The position numbers were made by a program, and so were the translations under genes. Below the pieces are notes generated by a model. The model was not told the DNA's origin. It did no database searches and saw only the letters and a list, made by a program, of their open reading frames with translations. A stretch of DNA of 63,852 nucleotides, counting the filler, from Reticulomyxa filosa (lineage: Eukaryota; Protista; Foraminifera): assembly GCA_000512085.1 (NCBI GenBank). It is 18 parts of 18 records of this genome, joined end to end, with 100 filler letters (N's around TTAATTAATTAA, not from the genome) between each part and the next. Parts side by side here need not be neighbours in the genome. Positions count along the whole stretch, not along the records: positions 1 to 6,340 come from ASPP01034065.1; positions 6,441 to 13,390 come from ASPP01002819.1; 16 more parts are not named here. The stretch is one strand, 5' to 3'. Positions 1 through 13,390 of the stretch are shown here, in pieces (the first letter of the stretch is position 1; every line of letters begins with the position of its first letter).

Positions 1-2719
1 AGTTTCATGTATAGAGACCTTTTCGTCTGTTTTTTCGCTTTCATCTTGTATTTTTCTCATTTTTTGAAGTCTCAGCAAGAGTTTCTTTTTTTCCTGTTTG
101 TGATTGTCCATGACTTAACCGTTATGGAAAAAATTAGGAGGAAGGGATGCTTCAAGTTTTTTAAAAAAACAAAATTTTTTCAGTTTGGATATGCATAATT
201 TTTTTACTTTTGAATTGGTTGTTTTCACTTGATTCATACAGTTTTATTTATCAAGGTCGTGCTTCTTGCTGAAAATAATTACTTTTTATTCAATTTGAGA
301 CATGTCTATTTACTTGAAAAATTAGATTTTATATTTACTCCTTTTTTTTTATGGTTGCAGTCCGAAACGAGACTTACATCAAGAATGTGTACTATCAACA
401 GGATTGGAACTTGTACAATTGCCTAAAAACAAAATTTAACATTAAAAATATCAAATAACAAAAAATTTGTTAAAATGAATAATATATTCATGAAACAATA
501 AAATTTTGTTGCAAAAGAAAATTATGTCCAAAAAAGTGTTTTTCATGTACTTATTTTTGATAATTTTTGTTCAATTTAAACAATATCATAATTTTACTTT
601 TACTTTAATAATAATAAAAAATTATTTCATTAAAGAAGTTATTACGTTATTTTAAATAATTTCTTACTTTATGCCGTTTCATCAAATATTTACAATATGA
701 TAAGAAAAAAGAAATTTTAATAGTACTCACATCACAAACAGTTATGATGTGTTGTGAAAAAAAAGTGTCAACTGACAATCAAAAGGCCTATCTCCTATAA
801 TGAAAAGTAAAGTTGAATCAACGTAACAAGAAGTTACTTTTTGACTCCGTTTGTTGAGAGAATTGACCGAAAACACGAATTTCCTGAGAATAATTTTTGA
901 ATTTGATATTTTTGTCAATGATTTTATGGAAAAAATTAGGATTTGACATCTTTTTTTGATGTTTTTTTCCTGGAATTTTCTGGAAATTTTTTAAGAATTT
1001 TTTGAAACAGTGATTTGATTTGTTGGGTCTGTTCTGTGATTTTAAATTTCTGCAACTAATTATAAACAAATTTTAATTTAGAAATCAATGTATGTTATTG
1101 AGAAGATAAATATTTGAAGCGTGTTGTTCGTTGTATCGGCACCAGTTTTATGAGTCTACTGCATATTTTAGAAACAATGATTAAAGTTTTCCGATTTGCT
1201 GTATCTTTGAAAAAAAAAAAAGAGAAAACTTGCATTTTCTGGAAGATATAGACATATTTTGTCTCTTCAGAGAAACATTAACGCATTGCACAATGTATTC
1301 AATTTTTTAATATTAAGGATTACTTCAGGCTAGCACTTTTCTATTTTGTTAGTTTTTTAAAAAATCTTTACTTATTAATTTTGAAAATATTGTCAATAAT
1401 AACAATGACACCATTTTTCAAATCAAAAATAGTGTTTTTATTGTAAACATATTTGCTTTTTGTTGTCATTGTCTTTGTGATCGCTATCACAAATACTCCA
1501 TCTTTTATTTATACTTTTGGAGTAGCTACAGATTTTAATTTTGCATGCCCCATTCAACGTCATCATCTTAAATCTCGTAACGAGATAGAGAAAAATAATA
1601 AATTCATATTTCTATGTGAACTTGGACGATTGTTATATCCAATATTGGAATCTTTTTTTTTGGGGAAGAAACTTATTGTCACCATGAACATCGATACAAT
1701 TTGAGGATGGCTTGGCACGAGTGATAGCAATATCTGCATTTGAATGTCCATGCATCGAATCAGCATTAATTAATTACAGATTTTCCATTTGATTTCAATG
1801 CATCAAATCTGTCTTTGTGTATACTATCACGTAAACACTTTTTCTTCATATCCTATTTTTCATTTGCTTGGCTCATTGCAATGCATCCAAATCTTTATTA
1901 TTACTTTTGGAGTCAATACATGATATATTTGTCATAGCCCATCTGCTATTTCGAGTTCAATTCTATATGGCTCTTTGTTTAATACTCCAAATACACATTT
2001 ATATAATCTTACTTTTTAAAGTTGATTTTATTATTATTATTAATAAATTTAATACTTTTTTTAAAAGATACTTGAAAAGTAAGCCTTTGAAAATGATCAG
2101 TATTCAACAAGTGCAAAATATCTTATAAGCATTGAAAAAGTTGATATTGTCGACATAGAAAAGAATGCTGCTCAGATGATATCTCCCATATTTCAAGATA
2201 GTGACACTTCCTCTTTGCTTGTTGATCTTTTTCGCACTAACACTCTTGGCTTTGTCCATCTTCGATTTCATTTGCCAAACTTGCTGACGGATGAAAAGAG
2301 CCTTTTTCAACATTTGCACTAGAAACACATGCAGCATTTTTTAGCACCCCCGTTTCCTAAAAATCATTTCAATCTTAAAAAACCCAATAAAAGTATCCAA
2401 ATTCGTGCACAAGATAAGTTTTTTGCAATGTCAAGTTAATCTTTTTATTCGTTCAAAATAAGACTTTGTATCATCAGAAGAAAACATTTGATATTTGGAA
2501 ATTATTTTCAATTGGAACATGCTTCTTTTCAAGGGATCATATTCTATTTGAATAACATAAGGGAATTTAGAATAAAATTAGACGATAGTGCATTCCTTGA
2601 TTATAAAACCGTATATAAACAACATTACATGGACGGACTCTTATACAATGTGGTTCTTTTTTTTTATCTTAATTTCATCTCAAAACACATCAATAATTTG
2701 TATAATGCTAACAATAAGA

Positions 2720-5700
2720 TGAAATTTGTAAGATTTTAACAATAATGACATACAAAAAATGATTGATGTAATTGTCATCGATATATTATTGAATACTTTG
2801 TAAGAGTCATATATTGAAATAGAGTTATTGTAATCATTACAACAATGTTAATTTTGAAAAATTATCTTTTAATAGATCATTTTCATTGTCATTTAAATAA
2901 CTCATAAGTATTTATTCATTTTCGGATTTTAAGATGAAACACAATTGATATTAATTCTTTTGATGTTCAATTTTTTCTACACATGACTTTTTTCGTATAT
3001 CCATTTGTATTCAACCTTTTATATAATTATTCAAACACAAAACATTATATCAAAAAAGACGAAAACAGCTTATTGAGACAATGCAATAATTAAATTATTA
3101 CATGTACTAATACATATTTGTATCGTTTGTTATATGGAATGAACATAAAATAAAAAATAAATTGAAATCACACAATGATTTTATTGTATTTATATATTGC
3201 AATAAATAAATTCTTTATTTAATAATATATTTTATCATTACATAAGTTTTTTAAAAAACTTGATTAAATATATAAAATGTCTACACTTTTTAAAAATCTT
3301 TTTATTTTAACATTTTTGTTCTTTCTTTTGTTTTAGATTTTATTTGAATATGAGATTAGTAAGAAGCATTACATTGCAATGCATTTTTAAAAATCTTTTT
3401 GCACATATCAACACTGATTTAGTCAGAAAGGGGACACAATGTGTTATCCATTGTCCTAGGAATTATTCAAGAAAATAAACTTATTTATTTTGGATTTTTA
3501 AATGAAAACATCATTTTTTGGATCTTTCAGAAGGGTATGTGTACTACAAAAGTCGAAGACTTTTGAAGTATTTTTAATAACAAAACGACGGAAATTGATA
3601 CCATAATATCATGTCAGCAGAAAAACGCTGATAATGCGAAAGAATATGCGTCATAAAGGATTTTTTTTTCTAATCAAGAAAGCATGATCATTCATCACAG
3701 ATAAATTACTTTAAAATGAATAGAAGAACATATTCTATAAATACCAAAGGCAAAGTTCTTTGTGATTTACTTTTTATAAGATTTTCAAGATTTGGATTAT
3801 ACTAAATTTTTTATCATTGTATTCTTCATATTCAATTTTTTGTAAAATATTTGATTCAATATTTTCATGACATTTGGTTTGTCAATTGTTGTATAAAAAT
3901 TATACCAATTGTGTATTACAATAATGAAAATAATTGAAATATGGAAGTTAGTGAAAGTAATCATCAATATAATATTTGAAAAAAATAGAATTTTTTTTTC
4001 AAAGATGTAAGAATAAGGGCATTCAAATCGCATTACTCTAAAAAATTTTAATTTTGCATAACAGTCAAGCAGGAAAAGTCAAATCGTGGACAATTAAACA
4101 TGAACAAAGAAAATGTTACCAATCATGAATTGATTTATCATTATAATCTCTTTCTTTGATTGAGCACGATATTTTTCTAAAATACCTGTTTTGACTTATT
4201 ACATGATTTTCTATTGATAAAAGACAATGCTAAACACATTAAATCATTTATATAGTTCATTTCACAATCTTTTTTTAAGTAATTCTTTTAGAATTAATTA
4301 AATTAAAAAATATATACAACTTTAAAAATGTGTCTTGAATGTGCTTCTTTTTGAACATAAGCATATTTATTTACAACAAATAGATTATTTATCTAAAGAA
4401 CTAACATCATTTTTTAATCAATAAACAAATATATAATTCATTTTAAATAAGCTTATCTTATTTCCTTTTTTTCAACGAAGTTGTTCGCGTGTAAATCAAT
4501 TATTATTGTCATCTTCAATTTGGTGTTTGCATATTAATATATTTTTTACGTTCGAAAATAAGTACATGAATGACACTTTTTTTTTTTTTTTTTTTTTTTA
4601 CGAAAGTATGATCCTTATACGTAATAAAAATTTTTGCATAATTTAAATAAGAAATTCCAATTTATACTTATTAAGTACTGGTAATTATATGATAGAATTT
4701 GTAAGATTTTAGTTAACATACAAAAAATGATTGGTATAATTATCATTAATATCATTGAACACTTTGTAATAGTGCTTGCTGTCTGTAGCATTGTTCAAAC
4801 AAGTAAAATATTGTATTCCACCAGTGAAAATCTATTGACAATGATATTAAAACAATTGCATTGTTGCATACAATGCAATGTAGTTCTTTTTTCATTACCT
4901 TTGGATGATTTTCTTGCAGTGAATATACTTTCTCCATATCATTCACCAATTTACCGTTCAAAACTTTTTGGCAAACCCTAGAGTTAAATGAAAATTGAAT
5001 AGTTGCATGATGAACACATAAAACCATATGTCAATTGTTAATTTTATCATCAACACTTTTATCTGTGTTAAACTTTTCATTGTGAAGAAAGCGTATTTTA
5101 AAGCAATTGTTCCTTTTCTGTTTACCAAATATTTTCAAGATAAACTCCGCTCTATCTTTTGATGAGTGGATTGATTAGCACCACAATGAAATAATCCGAA
5201 AATATGCTTATTGATATTTTTTTGGGCTAACATAATAACATTTGATTGCAAAGAAAAAGAAGACACAATAAGCTACCTATTGTCCACGGAATTATCCGAC
5301 TTGTTTATTTTCGGATTTTTAAATGAAAATATTGATATTAATCAAAAAAATGTCAATTATTGCCAAAACACCGAAAATGCGTATCTTTAAAAAAAAATGA
5401 ATGAATAGACATATATTGCAAAAAGGCAAAGACTTTTTGAGAATAACAACAATGCAAAGTACAATTATATCACAAACAATTTTTCTTTCTTTTCAAACGA
5501 TAACATATTCTTATTGCAATTTATATATCGTGAGTCAAATATTTTAAATAAATAAACATATATCCAGAAAGAAGTACGTTCAATATACACTTTTTAAGAG
5601 TTGTTTATCCTTGACACGTATAATTCAATAAGTATTGAAAAAGTGGTATCAATGAAGAAGGAGAATAATCACAAGCAGCAACCAATCAAAAGAAAAGTAA

Positions 5701-6090
5701 GCAGACTTAGATATGCTGTTGTTTTGTTTGATATTTTGATGAACGGCAAAAAAACTCTTACATGATATACTTAAAATTTCTTAAAAAATGTGTCTTAACT
5801 GTGCTTCTTTTTGAACATATGCTTATTTATTTAAAATAAATAGAAACATAAATTTAAATTTACATGAGAACAACTTCATTGAAGGAAAATAAATTTATTT
5901 GTAGATTTTTATGTGATGTTGGGAGTAATTGTTAGAATGAATACGCAAATTAAGATTATCATATTAATTTTTGTTTTATATTTACAGATGTCTTACTCAT
6001 AATAAACACTCAATGTTTGTTGAAAAAAAATAATTCTGCTCAAAACAATAAAAAGATTTTTTAAAATGTGTTGTTAATGTGCTTATTTTC
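2720..6090. repeat. Diverged dispersed duplications within contig 1
   Basis: 2720-2800 resembles 4695-4770 (GAA(A)TTTGTAAGATTTT..CATACAAAAAATGATTG). 3415-3510 resembles 5240-5340 (GACACAAT..ATTGTCC..GGAATTAT..TTTATTTT.GGATTTTTAAATGAAAA). 4320-4385 resembles 5780-5845 and 6060-6090 (AAAATGTGTCTT..TGTGCTTCTTTTTGAACATA). Confidence 0.7.
4720..5040 (-). pseudogene. Degenerate PARP-like ADP-ribosyltransferase catalytic domain relic
   Basis: One minus frame reads LTYGFMCSSCNYSIFI*L*GLPKSFER*IGE*YGESIFTARKSSK, resembling PARP (L)FHG...N..SI...G......G..YG.GIYFA...SKS. Downstream frames give YYKVFND and IIPIIF. There are multiple stops and shifts. Confidence 0.4.
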
Positions 6091-6340
6091 GAGTGTGGTA
6101 CACCATATATAAATAATGACTGTTAAAAAATAAAAACAATGAAAATATCGAATTTATCTTTCTTTTTACAGTATTAAGATTATACAATATAAGGACTCCA
6201 TAAGTACAAATATTACAAAACAATCATTCATATCACAAATAACAATATGTTGCTAAGTGACATCAGAATCAATTGACGGCCAGCTCAGTAAACTTGTTTG
6301 TGTAATTTTTCAAGTATCGTAAAGTATAAATTATTTTGTC

Positions 6341-6440
6341 NNNNNNNNNNNNNNNNNNNNNNNNNNNNNNNNNNNNNNNNNNNNTTAATTAATTAANNNN
6401 NNNNNNNNNNNNNNNNNNNNNNNNNNNNNNNNNNNNNNNN
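6341..6440. other. Artificial contig-joining linker (first of 17)
   Basis: 44 N + TTAATTAATTAA (stops in all six frames) + 44 N. Identical copies start at 6341, 13391, 18934, 20103, 28243, 31000, 32191, 34832, 36353, 40801, 41923, 43090, 47070, 49778, 57739, 58977 and 62615. Confidence 0.99.
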
Positions 6441-6578
6441 GTCTTTTTTTTTTTTTTTTTATGAGATATGTATACGGGGGTAAATGTATACAAAGCTAGT
6501 ATATATGTATATGTACATATTTATATACGTATATAAATAATTTTTCTCGTACGTATATAAAAAAAAAAAACCATTTAC

Positions 6579-6991
6579 CTGTCCTTTACCAATGAACTAT
6601 GAAATATAACATAACCCAATTCTTCCAACTCGTCGTCACTGATTGAAACATTTTCGTGTGGATTAAAAGAAATTGATAATGATGAACTTCTTGAAGCACG
6701 CTCTTTCATTTCTTCAGTAAACTCGTACAATAATTTTTCGTTCTTAAAGCCGTGAGCATACGCGACATGTTTGATGTAATCTTCTTTAATTAACACATTT
6801 CCTAACCACACGGCCTCAGAAACGTTTTTCGCAAGACCTGTGGCGATGAAATATTGTACGACGTCACTCCCAACAAAGCACTGCTTGTACACCTTAAAAT
6901 GGTAGGTTCGATCTTTTATTTCAACATTTTCTGCAATTTGTTTTGCAATATCTTCTAAATCAAGCGTTTTTCTTCGTAAAGAGACGGCCAT
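6579..6991 (-). CDS. DEP-domain protein, first exon (probably tandem DEP; 3' end off contig)
   Basis: IKDRTYHFKVYKQCFVGSDVVQYF...AVWLGNVLIKEDYIKHV..HGFKNEKLLYEF is a canonical DEP domain. A second DEP starts at LVKDR, followed by a GTAAAT donor at 6578. Confidence 0.85.
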
Positions 6992-8128
6992 CTTTGTGAT
7001 ATGAATTTTTTCTTTGGCAAATATTGTCTCCCACGCGTTAACTTAGTTTGTGAGTTTTTTGAGACTGCCAACACTGGAAAACAGCCCAACTAACAATAGT
7101 ACACTTTATTATTATTTCTGACTTGCATATTCGTTTTTGTTATGGTAAAAAAAAATAAAACCATTAAAAAATTGTTAATTTTTTTATTTTCCAAACCTTT
7201 ATTAAAAATCAATACACTTTTAGATTCTCCACAAGATGTAGATATTATTTAAAAAAGAAGCTGGAGTAAATATTGATTTTTCATAATACATAAATGTTCA
7301 TAGTATTCGTTTAATCTGTCGATTGTATTGTATTAATCTGTAATATTTCCACATTAAAATGTGTAAAAGAATTAAAATTACGTACCTTTATTAAAAAATA
7401 ACATTGCAACTAATTTTTAAATCCAACAAAAAGACGTGGTAACTAAAATAAAAGCTAATTCTAAAAGCAAACAATACTTTTTTCCTTAATTTTACATTGA
7501 TTTTTATTCAGTAACGAACAAAAAGGAGTTAATTTGTTAAAGTTCTTTACAAAAGATAATTGCTTTTCTTCAAACCTTTTATACGTTTCTTGTGCTTTGA
7601 CAAAGCAACCATATATTCAAAATCATTAGAAATAAGATCATTATGTTATTTGTTAGTCTCAACATCTTTCAATACATCTTGTTGTTTAAGTGTAGAAAAA
7701 GAATGGCTTGTGGCTTGTGTTTTATTTCACATACTATTTAGTGTGGTAATTTTTCTCGATCCAACAATTGATAATCTCATTGAAAATACAAAACAAGTAA
7801 AAATGTGTATTGTGATAAACGTCTATTGTTTTTAAGAGCACTAATTCTTATCACATTTTTCTTTTTGCTTTTTTCAACAGCCAACAGAAGTATTAATCTG
7901 TATGTTGTTGTAAGTAATTTACTGTATATTAGTTGTGGAATGGAAATACTGAGTGTAAAATAAATATCAACAAAGTTTCTCTGCTGACAAAAGATATGCA
8001 TTTATTGGCCCCTTTTGTATATACAAGCCCTTAGCAATTAATGCATATTTCGGTAAAAAACTCACGAAAAAAAATTGAAATAACATCAATAATTTTTTTT
8101 ACTGTAAAAAAAATTTATACACAAGTGT

Positions 8129-10181
8129 TCATCCCCAAACACGAATGTGGCCATTTCTTGAACCATAACACAAATAAATATCGCAATCACCACTTGTGTT
8201 TTCATTGTCTTTTTCTGTCTTTTTCAATGATACAAATTTAATACAGAATATTCCATTATCTTCTTTGTCATCTCCATCAATAATGCTCAATTCCTTCTTA
8301 TTTGATCGAATGTCCCAAAAACGAATTGTATTATCCAATGATCCAGAACATATCACATTCGAATTGCCACCAACCTTGATATCATCAACTACAAATGGTG
8401 AATATTCAACACAATTTACGCCATCTGTATGTTTATTGAACATTTGAGTTTGTTTACCGGATCGAATATCCCACAAACGAACGCTGTTATCAGATGATCC
8501 AGATAATATCATATTTGCATCGCCAATTCCTGGTCCATATTTTACACTCCAAATCAAATCTTGATGTCCTTTGAATACAATTAATTGTTTGATTGTTTCA
8601 ATATCCCATATTCGAATGGTCTTATCAAATGATCCAGAGCAAAAGGTATATCCATTGCCACCAATTATACCGGTATTGTTATCATTCTTGTTATTGTTGC
8701 TTTGCAATGGCGAAATATCGACACACCATACAATACCTTCATGTCCATTGAAAGAATGTAATGATTCAGATGTTTCTACATCCCATAAACGAATAGTTTT
8801 GTCTTTGGATCCAGAGCACAAATATCTACCACCACTAAATGGTGAAAATTCAATACCACCGACCCAGTTAGTGTGTCTATCAAATACTTGCAGCTGTTGA
8901 TTATCTTGGATATCCCAAAAACGAATAGTTTTGTCATGTGATGAAGAGCAAATGACACTGCGTTGATTGTGATGATAATGATAAGGTGAAAATTTCACAC
9001 AAGACACAGCAGCGGAATGTCCATTGAATGATCGAATTCGCTTGCTGTTTTCGATATCCCACACACAAACTGTAGTATCTCCTGATCCAGAGAACAAATG
9101 AATTGATTATGATCGAGCGTTGAGTAGTCAATGCTGTGCACAAGATATGTATGCTCAGTAAATGTCTTGAGCAATCTGTATGATGAACGGAACAAATCAA
9201 AATCAGATGTAGACGATTGTAACAATTGATAATTGTTATTATTTTCTTTTCCATCTTCATTATTCTTGATTTGAATTTTAATAAGTTCATCTTTTTTAAA
9301 TTTAATTTCTTCTTTTTCTGATTTCAAATGTCCATTTTCCAGTTTTAATTGTTCTATTTCGTCCTATGTTTGTCATTTAAAAGTCTTTGGATTGCCAATC
9401 CAAGTACATATTAATAAAAGTATGTTTAAAAGATAGAAACACTATTTACATTAAGTTGTTGAATTTGTATGCTTCTTTTGTTGTCATTTTCTTTAAGCTT
9501 TTTGATTTCTTTTTTGCTCTCCAAATGGCTTTTCTGTAATCTTTCCTTTTTTTTTTTTATATTTATTTTGTGTTATTTTATTTTTTTATCACAATTATCC
9601 TGAAAACACAAAAACAATGACAAAACTGTTTGCAATTGCAACTTTTTGACGAATGAAACAAGTTGCTGAATTGACATTAATGGACACGACTTATTCAAAT
9701 GATCTTTCATTTCCTTTATTTTTCCTTTATAGTTGCATTGACTTGTCGAATCCCAATTCAATTCGCATTCGTGTTCTTCTCTTCCTCGTATGCTTATCCC
9801 TTCACTCGGTTATTCATTTTGCAAACCATATCGCCGAGGGCAGATTACCAATAAATCTGATACTTGTTGTCTTGCAATTTTACCTTTTGAGAATTCGCAA
9901 TCATTGTGTTGTCCAATTGGACATTTTCCATTGTTTTGCTTTAAATATATTTGCAAACATTCCTCTCCAGCCAAACACGTTTGCTCTCCATTTTCATGCT
10001 CATCACAACGCAATTCTACTGCATTGTTTGCAATTTGACCGCAAAGACAACAGATTAATTTGTTCAACTTCTGCGGCTCGTTGGTCAATAAAACCCAGCT
10101 TTTGTTATAACAGCCAGAACTGGAAAATATTTCTCTCTCATTTTCCGGCTTCTTTTCTTCTCCTTCATCCAAGGCAAGCAT
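8129..10181 (-). pseudogene. RING-like/TRAF-type zinc finger + coiled coil + 7-bladed WD40 (TRAF7-like architecture), disrupted
   Basis: N-terminal ICCLCGQIANNAVELRCDEH...CLQIYLKQNNGKCPIGQH and VICPR...CNYKGKIKEMKDHLNKSCPL, then a Lys/Glu-rich coil and WD40 repeats ending IRVWG. There is an in-frame TAA at 9810-9812 and a 2-nt CT insertion near 9090 (ICS|GSGD). Confidence 0.8.
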
Positions 10182-10658
10182 TAGCTTTTTATTATAATGC
10201 AGAGTTCGTTTCTAAAATTTTTTTTTTTTAAAAAATGGAAGAATCTACCCTTTATGGAACGGCTAGTTTTTTTGACCTCACTTGACAGCATATTTGATTA
10301 TTTTATTGGTTTTTTTTATTTGGACAAAATCAGTGAAAATGATCACAAAAAAATGGATTTCTTTTTTCAACACTTTGTTAGATAAATCTCTTGCTTAATC
10401 TTGTCAGGATTAGTGAGTGGAATCAAGAAAAAAGCACATCAAGTTGGTCATTTTCATGCAAAAAGGGGCCGAGGATTTTTATGTCAGAAATTGTTTAGTA
10501 AAAATTTCTTAACTTCGAAAATGCAAACAAATTGAAAAAAGAACAAAAAATTATAACTATCGATTTTTGTAGGCTTGCACTTGTTTTTTGAACAGAAAAT
10601 GTTAAAAGGAAGTTTCATACCTGCGTAAAAAAAAGGGTTACACTAACAAAAAGACAAT

Positions 10659-10765
10659 AATGACAGCATTTATGGAATTGAATTTTCACCATTTGATGAT
10701 GGCACACATTGTGTTCTGGATCTAAAGTAATATTAAAATTGGTGGCAATTCGAATGTAATTTGCC
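10659..10765 (+). pseudogene. Internally deleted WD40 relic
   Basis: NDSIYGIEFSPFDDGTH/LCSGSK is joined directly to NIKIGGNSNVIC. These segments are about 140 aa apart in the neighbouring WD40 ORF 8129-9097. Confidence 0.65.
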
Positions 10766-10947
10766 TAACAAAAAAACAGCTAGAATTTTTTGATTTTCAT
10801 CTTCTCTAAAAAATACTTGAAAAACTTTTGTTGGGTTTTTTATACGCTATTTATTGTTCGTGGAAAAATTGTCATTAACTTCTGTTTTCTCCGTCTCAAT
10901 CCTTTTTAAAGAGCTAAACAACTTCATAGCCCCTCAATCTTAACAAC

Positions 10948-11790
10948 ATGGGTAGTCAAAACACAACACAAAAATCGATTATCTTTCCTCAGTTTTCGAA
11001 TCCTCAACGTGTGTTACAAAATAGGAAATCCTCATTTGTGGAGGTGAATATCAAAAGATTTGATATTTTTATCAAACAATCAAAAACGAATACAAGTTTA
11101 TTTGTTTGTATCAAATGATATTGGATAATTGGACAGCCAGCAGATAATAACAATGAAATTATATACTCTCTTTTGGTTGATATGAAAGATAACATTATTG
11201 AATCAGATGAAGCTGTGAAAAAGAAGTTGAAGTAAAGAACCTACAATTATTTGGAATTCATTTTGAAAAACAAAAAACGATGTTTATGGGTTCATTGAAG
11301 TAAAATTCAATTTCATTGTAAAAATGCTAATAAATATGACGGACTAATCATATTTATTTGTGGATGTTGAGAGAATGAAAATATGTTGATGGTCATGTAT
11401 CAATTGATGAAATGCATACATTATTTAATTGCCATAAAATGGAAACATCGAAGATTTTCCAAAAATTTTTATTATTGATGCTTGTTGTGGTGAAAATGCT
11501 CCAAAGTCTTATAAGCTTGCAATGCGAGGAAATGAAGCATTATATGGACATAATGACAATGGGTTTTTTATCATTTGGTCAACCACAAAAGGACATCGAG
11601 TAGCTGACTTATCATTGTTGAGTGAATGTATGAAAAATGTGGTCACATCAAAATATAAAAATGGCTATCCATTCAAGCAAATGCTGCGAGAGATAGTACA
11701 GAAATTCGAAATAATAAAAGTAGTGAATGGTATTGTGTGGAAAGTCAAGATACAACTGATTACTTATCATTTTTCAACAAAGAAGATATG
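10948..11790 (+). pseudogene. Caspase-like (peptidase C14/clan CD) protease with N-myristoylation-type start, decayed
   Basis: Starts MGSQNT. KYDGLIIFICGC*ENEN at 11332-11382 is the His-Gly dyad site, mutated, with TGA at 11368. FPKIFIIDACCGE at 11456-11494 compares with the caspase PKxFxxQACRG motif. Then GFFIIWSTTKGHRV (p10-like). Several frameshifts. Confidence 0.75.
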
Positions 11791-12527
11791 TATGAATTTT
11801 TTAAAATTGGAGCTATTTTTGTGTGCTGTCTATATCATGTCTTTTAATAATAAAAATTACAAAAAATTCTTCATTCATATGTGTGGGCAACAATTTTTTT
11901 ATGAGTTGCAAAGTTGGCTCATTCATTTTTTTTTATCCACAATGAATTGGATTGATATTGAACATTTGAGTCTTCAAAGACTTTCCAGTGGATAAAAATT
12001 CGTTGCTGTTTTTAGTTAGTGTTTTTTTCCAGCATTTTCGAGCGTTACAAGAGGGGATAAAAAAATATATAATGATCAACTTAACGTATTCGTCGTCGAA
12101 TCCGACAAAGCTAAAATTTCAGTGGATCAAATCATCTTAAAAACATGTTCAAAATCATTTATTTTGTTTACGCTTGTAATTCTGGAAACGAATTTTTGTG
12201 CATATCTTCGTTCGTCTAAATAAATGTTTGATCATCAAGTTTACCAAAACTTTGTAAAGCTCCTATCACCGTTAATTTTTTTTTATCAACTACTTTTCTT
12301 TGAGTTTTTTTTTTTACTTTTAAGTATTCATAAGAAATTTTTCCTTACTTGATTCGTGAATAATTGAAGATTGAACAATTTTTTAAATTTATTTCTAATT
12401 TTAAAAACGGGAACAAAAGAAACATTTGATCAAAAATAAAATTAGATTTTCCGATTATCGGAAATGTTGAAGAGGAAAACGCTACTCCATTATCCATAGC
12501 ATTTCAAATGTCGATATATATATATTT

Positions 12528-13390
12528 TTAAAAACCATAAGTTCTTTGTTCAAATTTTGAGGGGAAATTTTGATGTCTCTGAACCACTTGGAATGCGACT
12601 TTTTCCGCACATTTCAAATGAAATATTAATTCATAACAAAGCGCCTGAATGAAGCGAGTTTTTAGGGAATTCAGTTCTGTATTGTCCAATTTTGCACAAA
12701 TGGTCTTGCACTCCTTGACAAGATTGGACAATATGTCAACATCTTTATGGATCACAAACATTGTTTCCAGCATTTTGCATCCTTTTAATGATTGTTGAAT
12801 TTGTATCCATTTGTTCATTAGTGAGATGATTTTTTTCTTTGCAGGTTCAATACCTTTGTTTTTGTTTGTTTTTTGCAAAGATACATATCCATCCTGCAAC
12901 GCTGAGTCTAACGCATCACACATGCCATCAAACACATTTGGTTTGGTCTGATTTTGGAAGTCATCTTCTGAAATGCCAATCGTTTCGAGCAACTCGTGTA
13001 ATGAAAAACTCAAATATGACAAAACACCATCCCAAAGAATATGTTCTTCATCTTCGAATGGAATAGAACACATATTGGTTTCAAATCCATCAATCATAAT
13101 ATTCTCATAGTTCGAGTCTTTGACATCCCTCACCAACTGGGAAAATTGCATTGGCTCCCTATTACTGTCCTTCTCAAAACAATGAGACATAAACATGAAA
13201 AGAGTCAAATATTTTCTTTTGCATGCTTCAAATGAGTTTTCCGACCTTAGGATTAATTGCGAAATCGCGTCATCATTTTTTGTCTTTTTTTTTTTGCACT
13301 GTGATTTCACTTTCTCTATATATTCATCACAATAGTAGAGTTGCCTCTCCATTAGGAAAAATTCCACTGCTGACAGTTCATAGCAAATCT
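12528..13390 (-). CDS. Hypothetical helical protein, 5'-partial
   Basis: A 279-aa stop-free frame open to the contig end, in AT-rich DNA. No recognised motif. Confidence 0.6.

Noticed and set aside
1450-2340. Coding-like minus-strand fragments (e.g. HGHSNADIAITRA)
   Set aside because: Probably gene debris, but no family could be supported.
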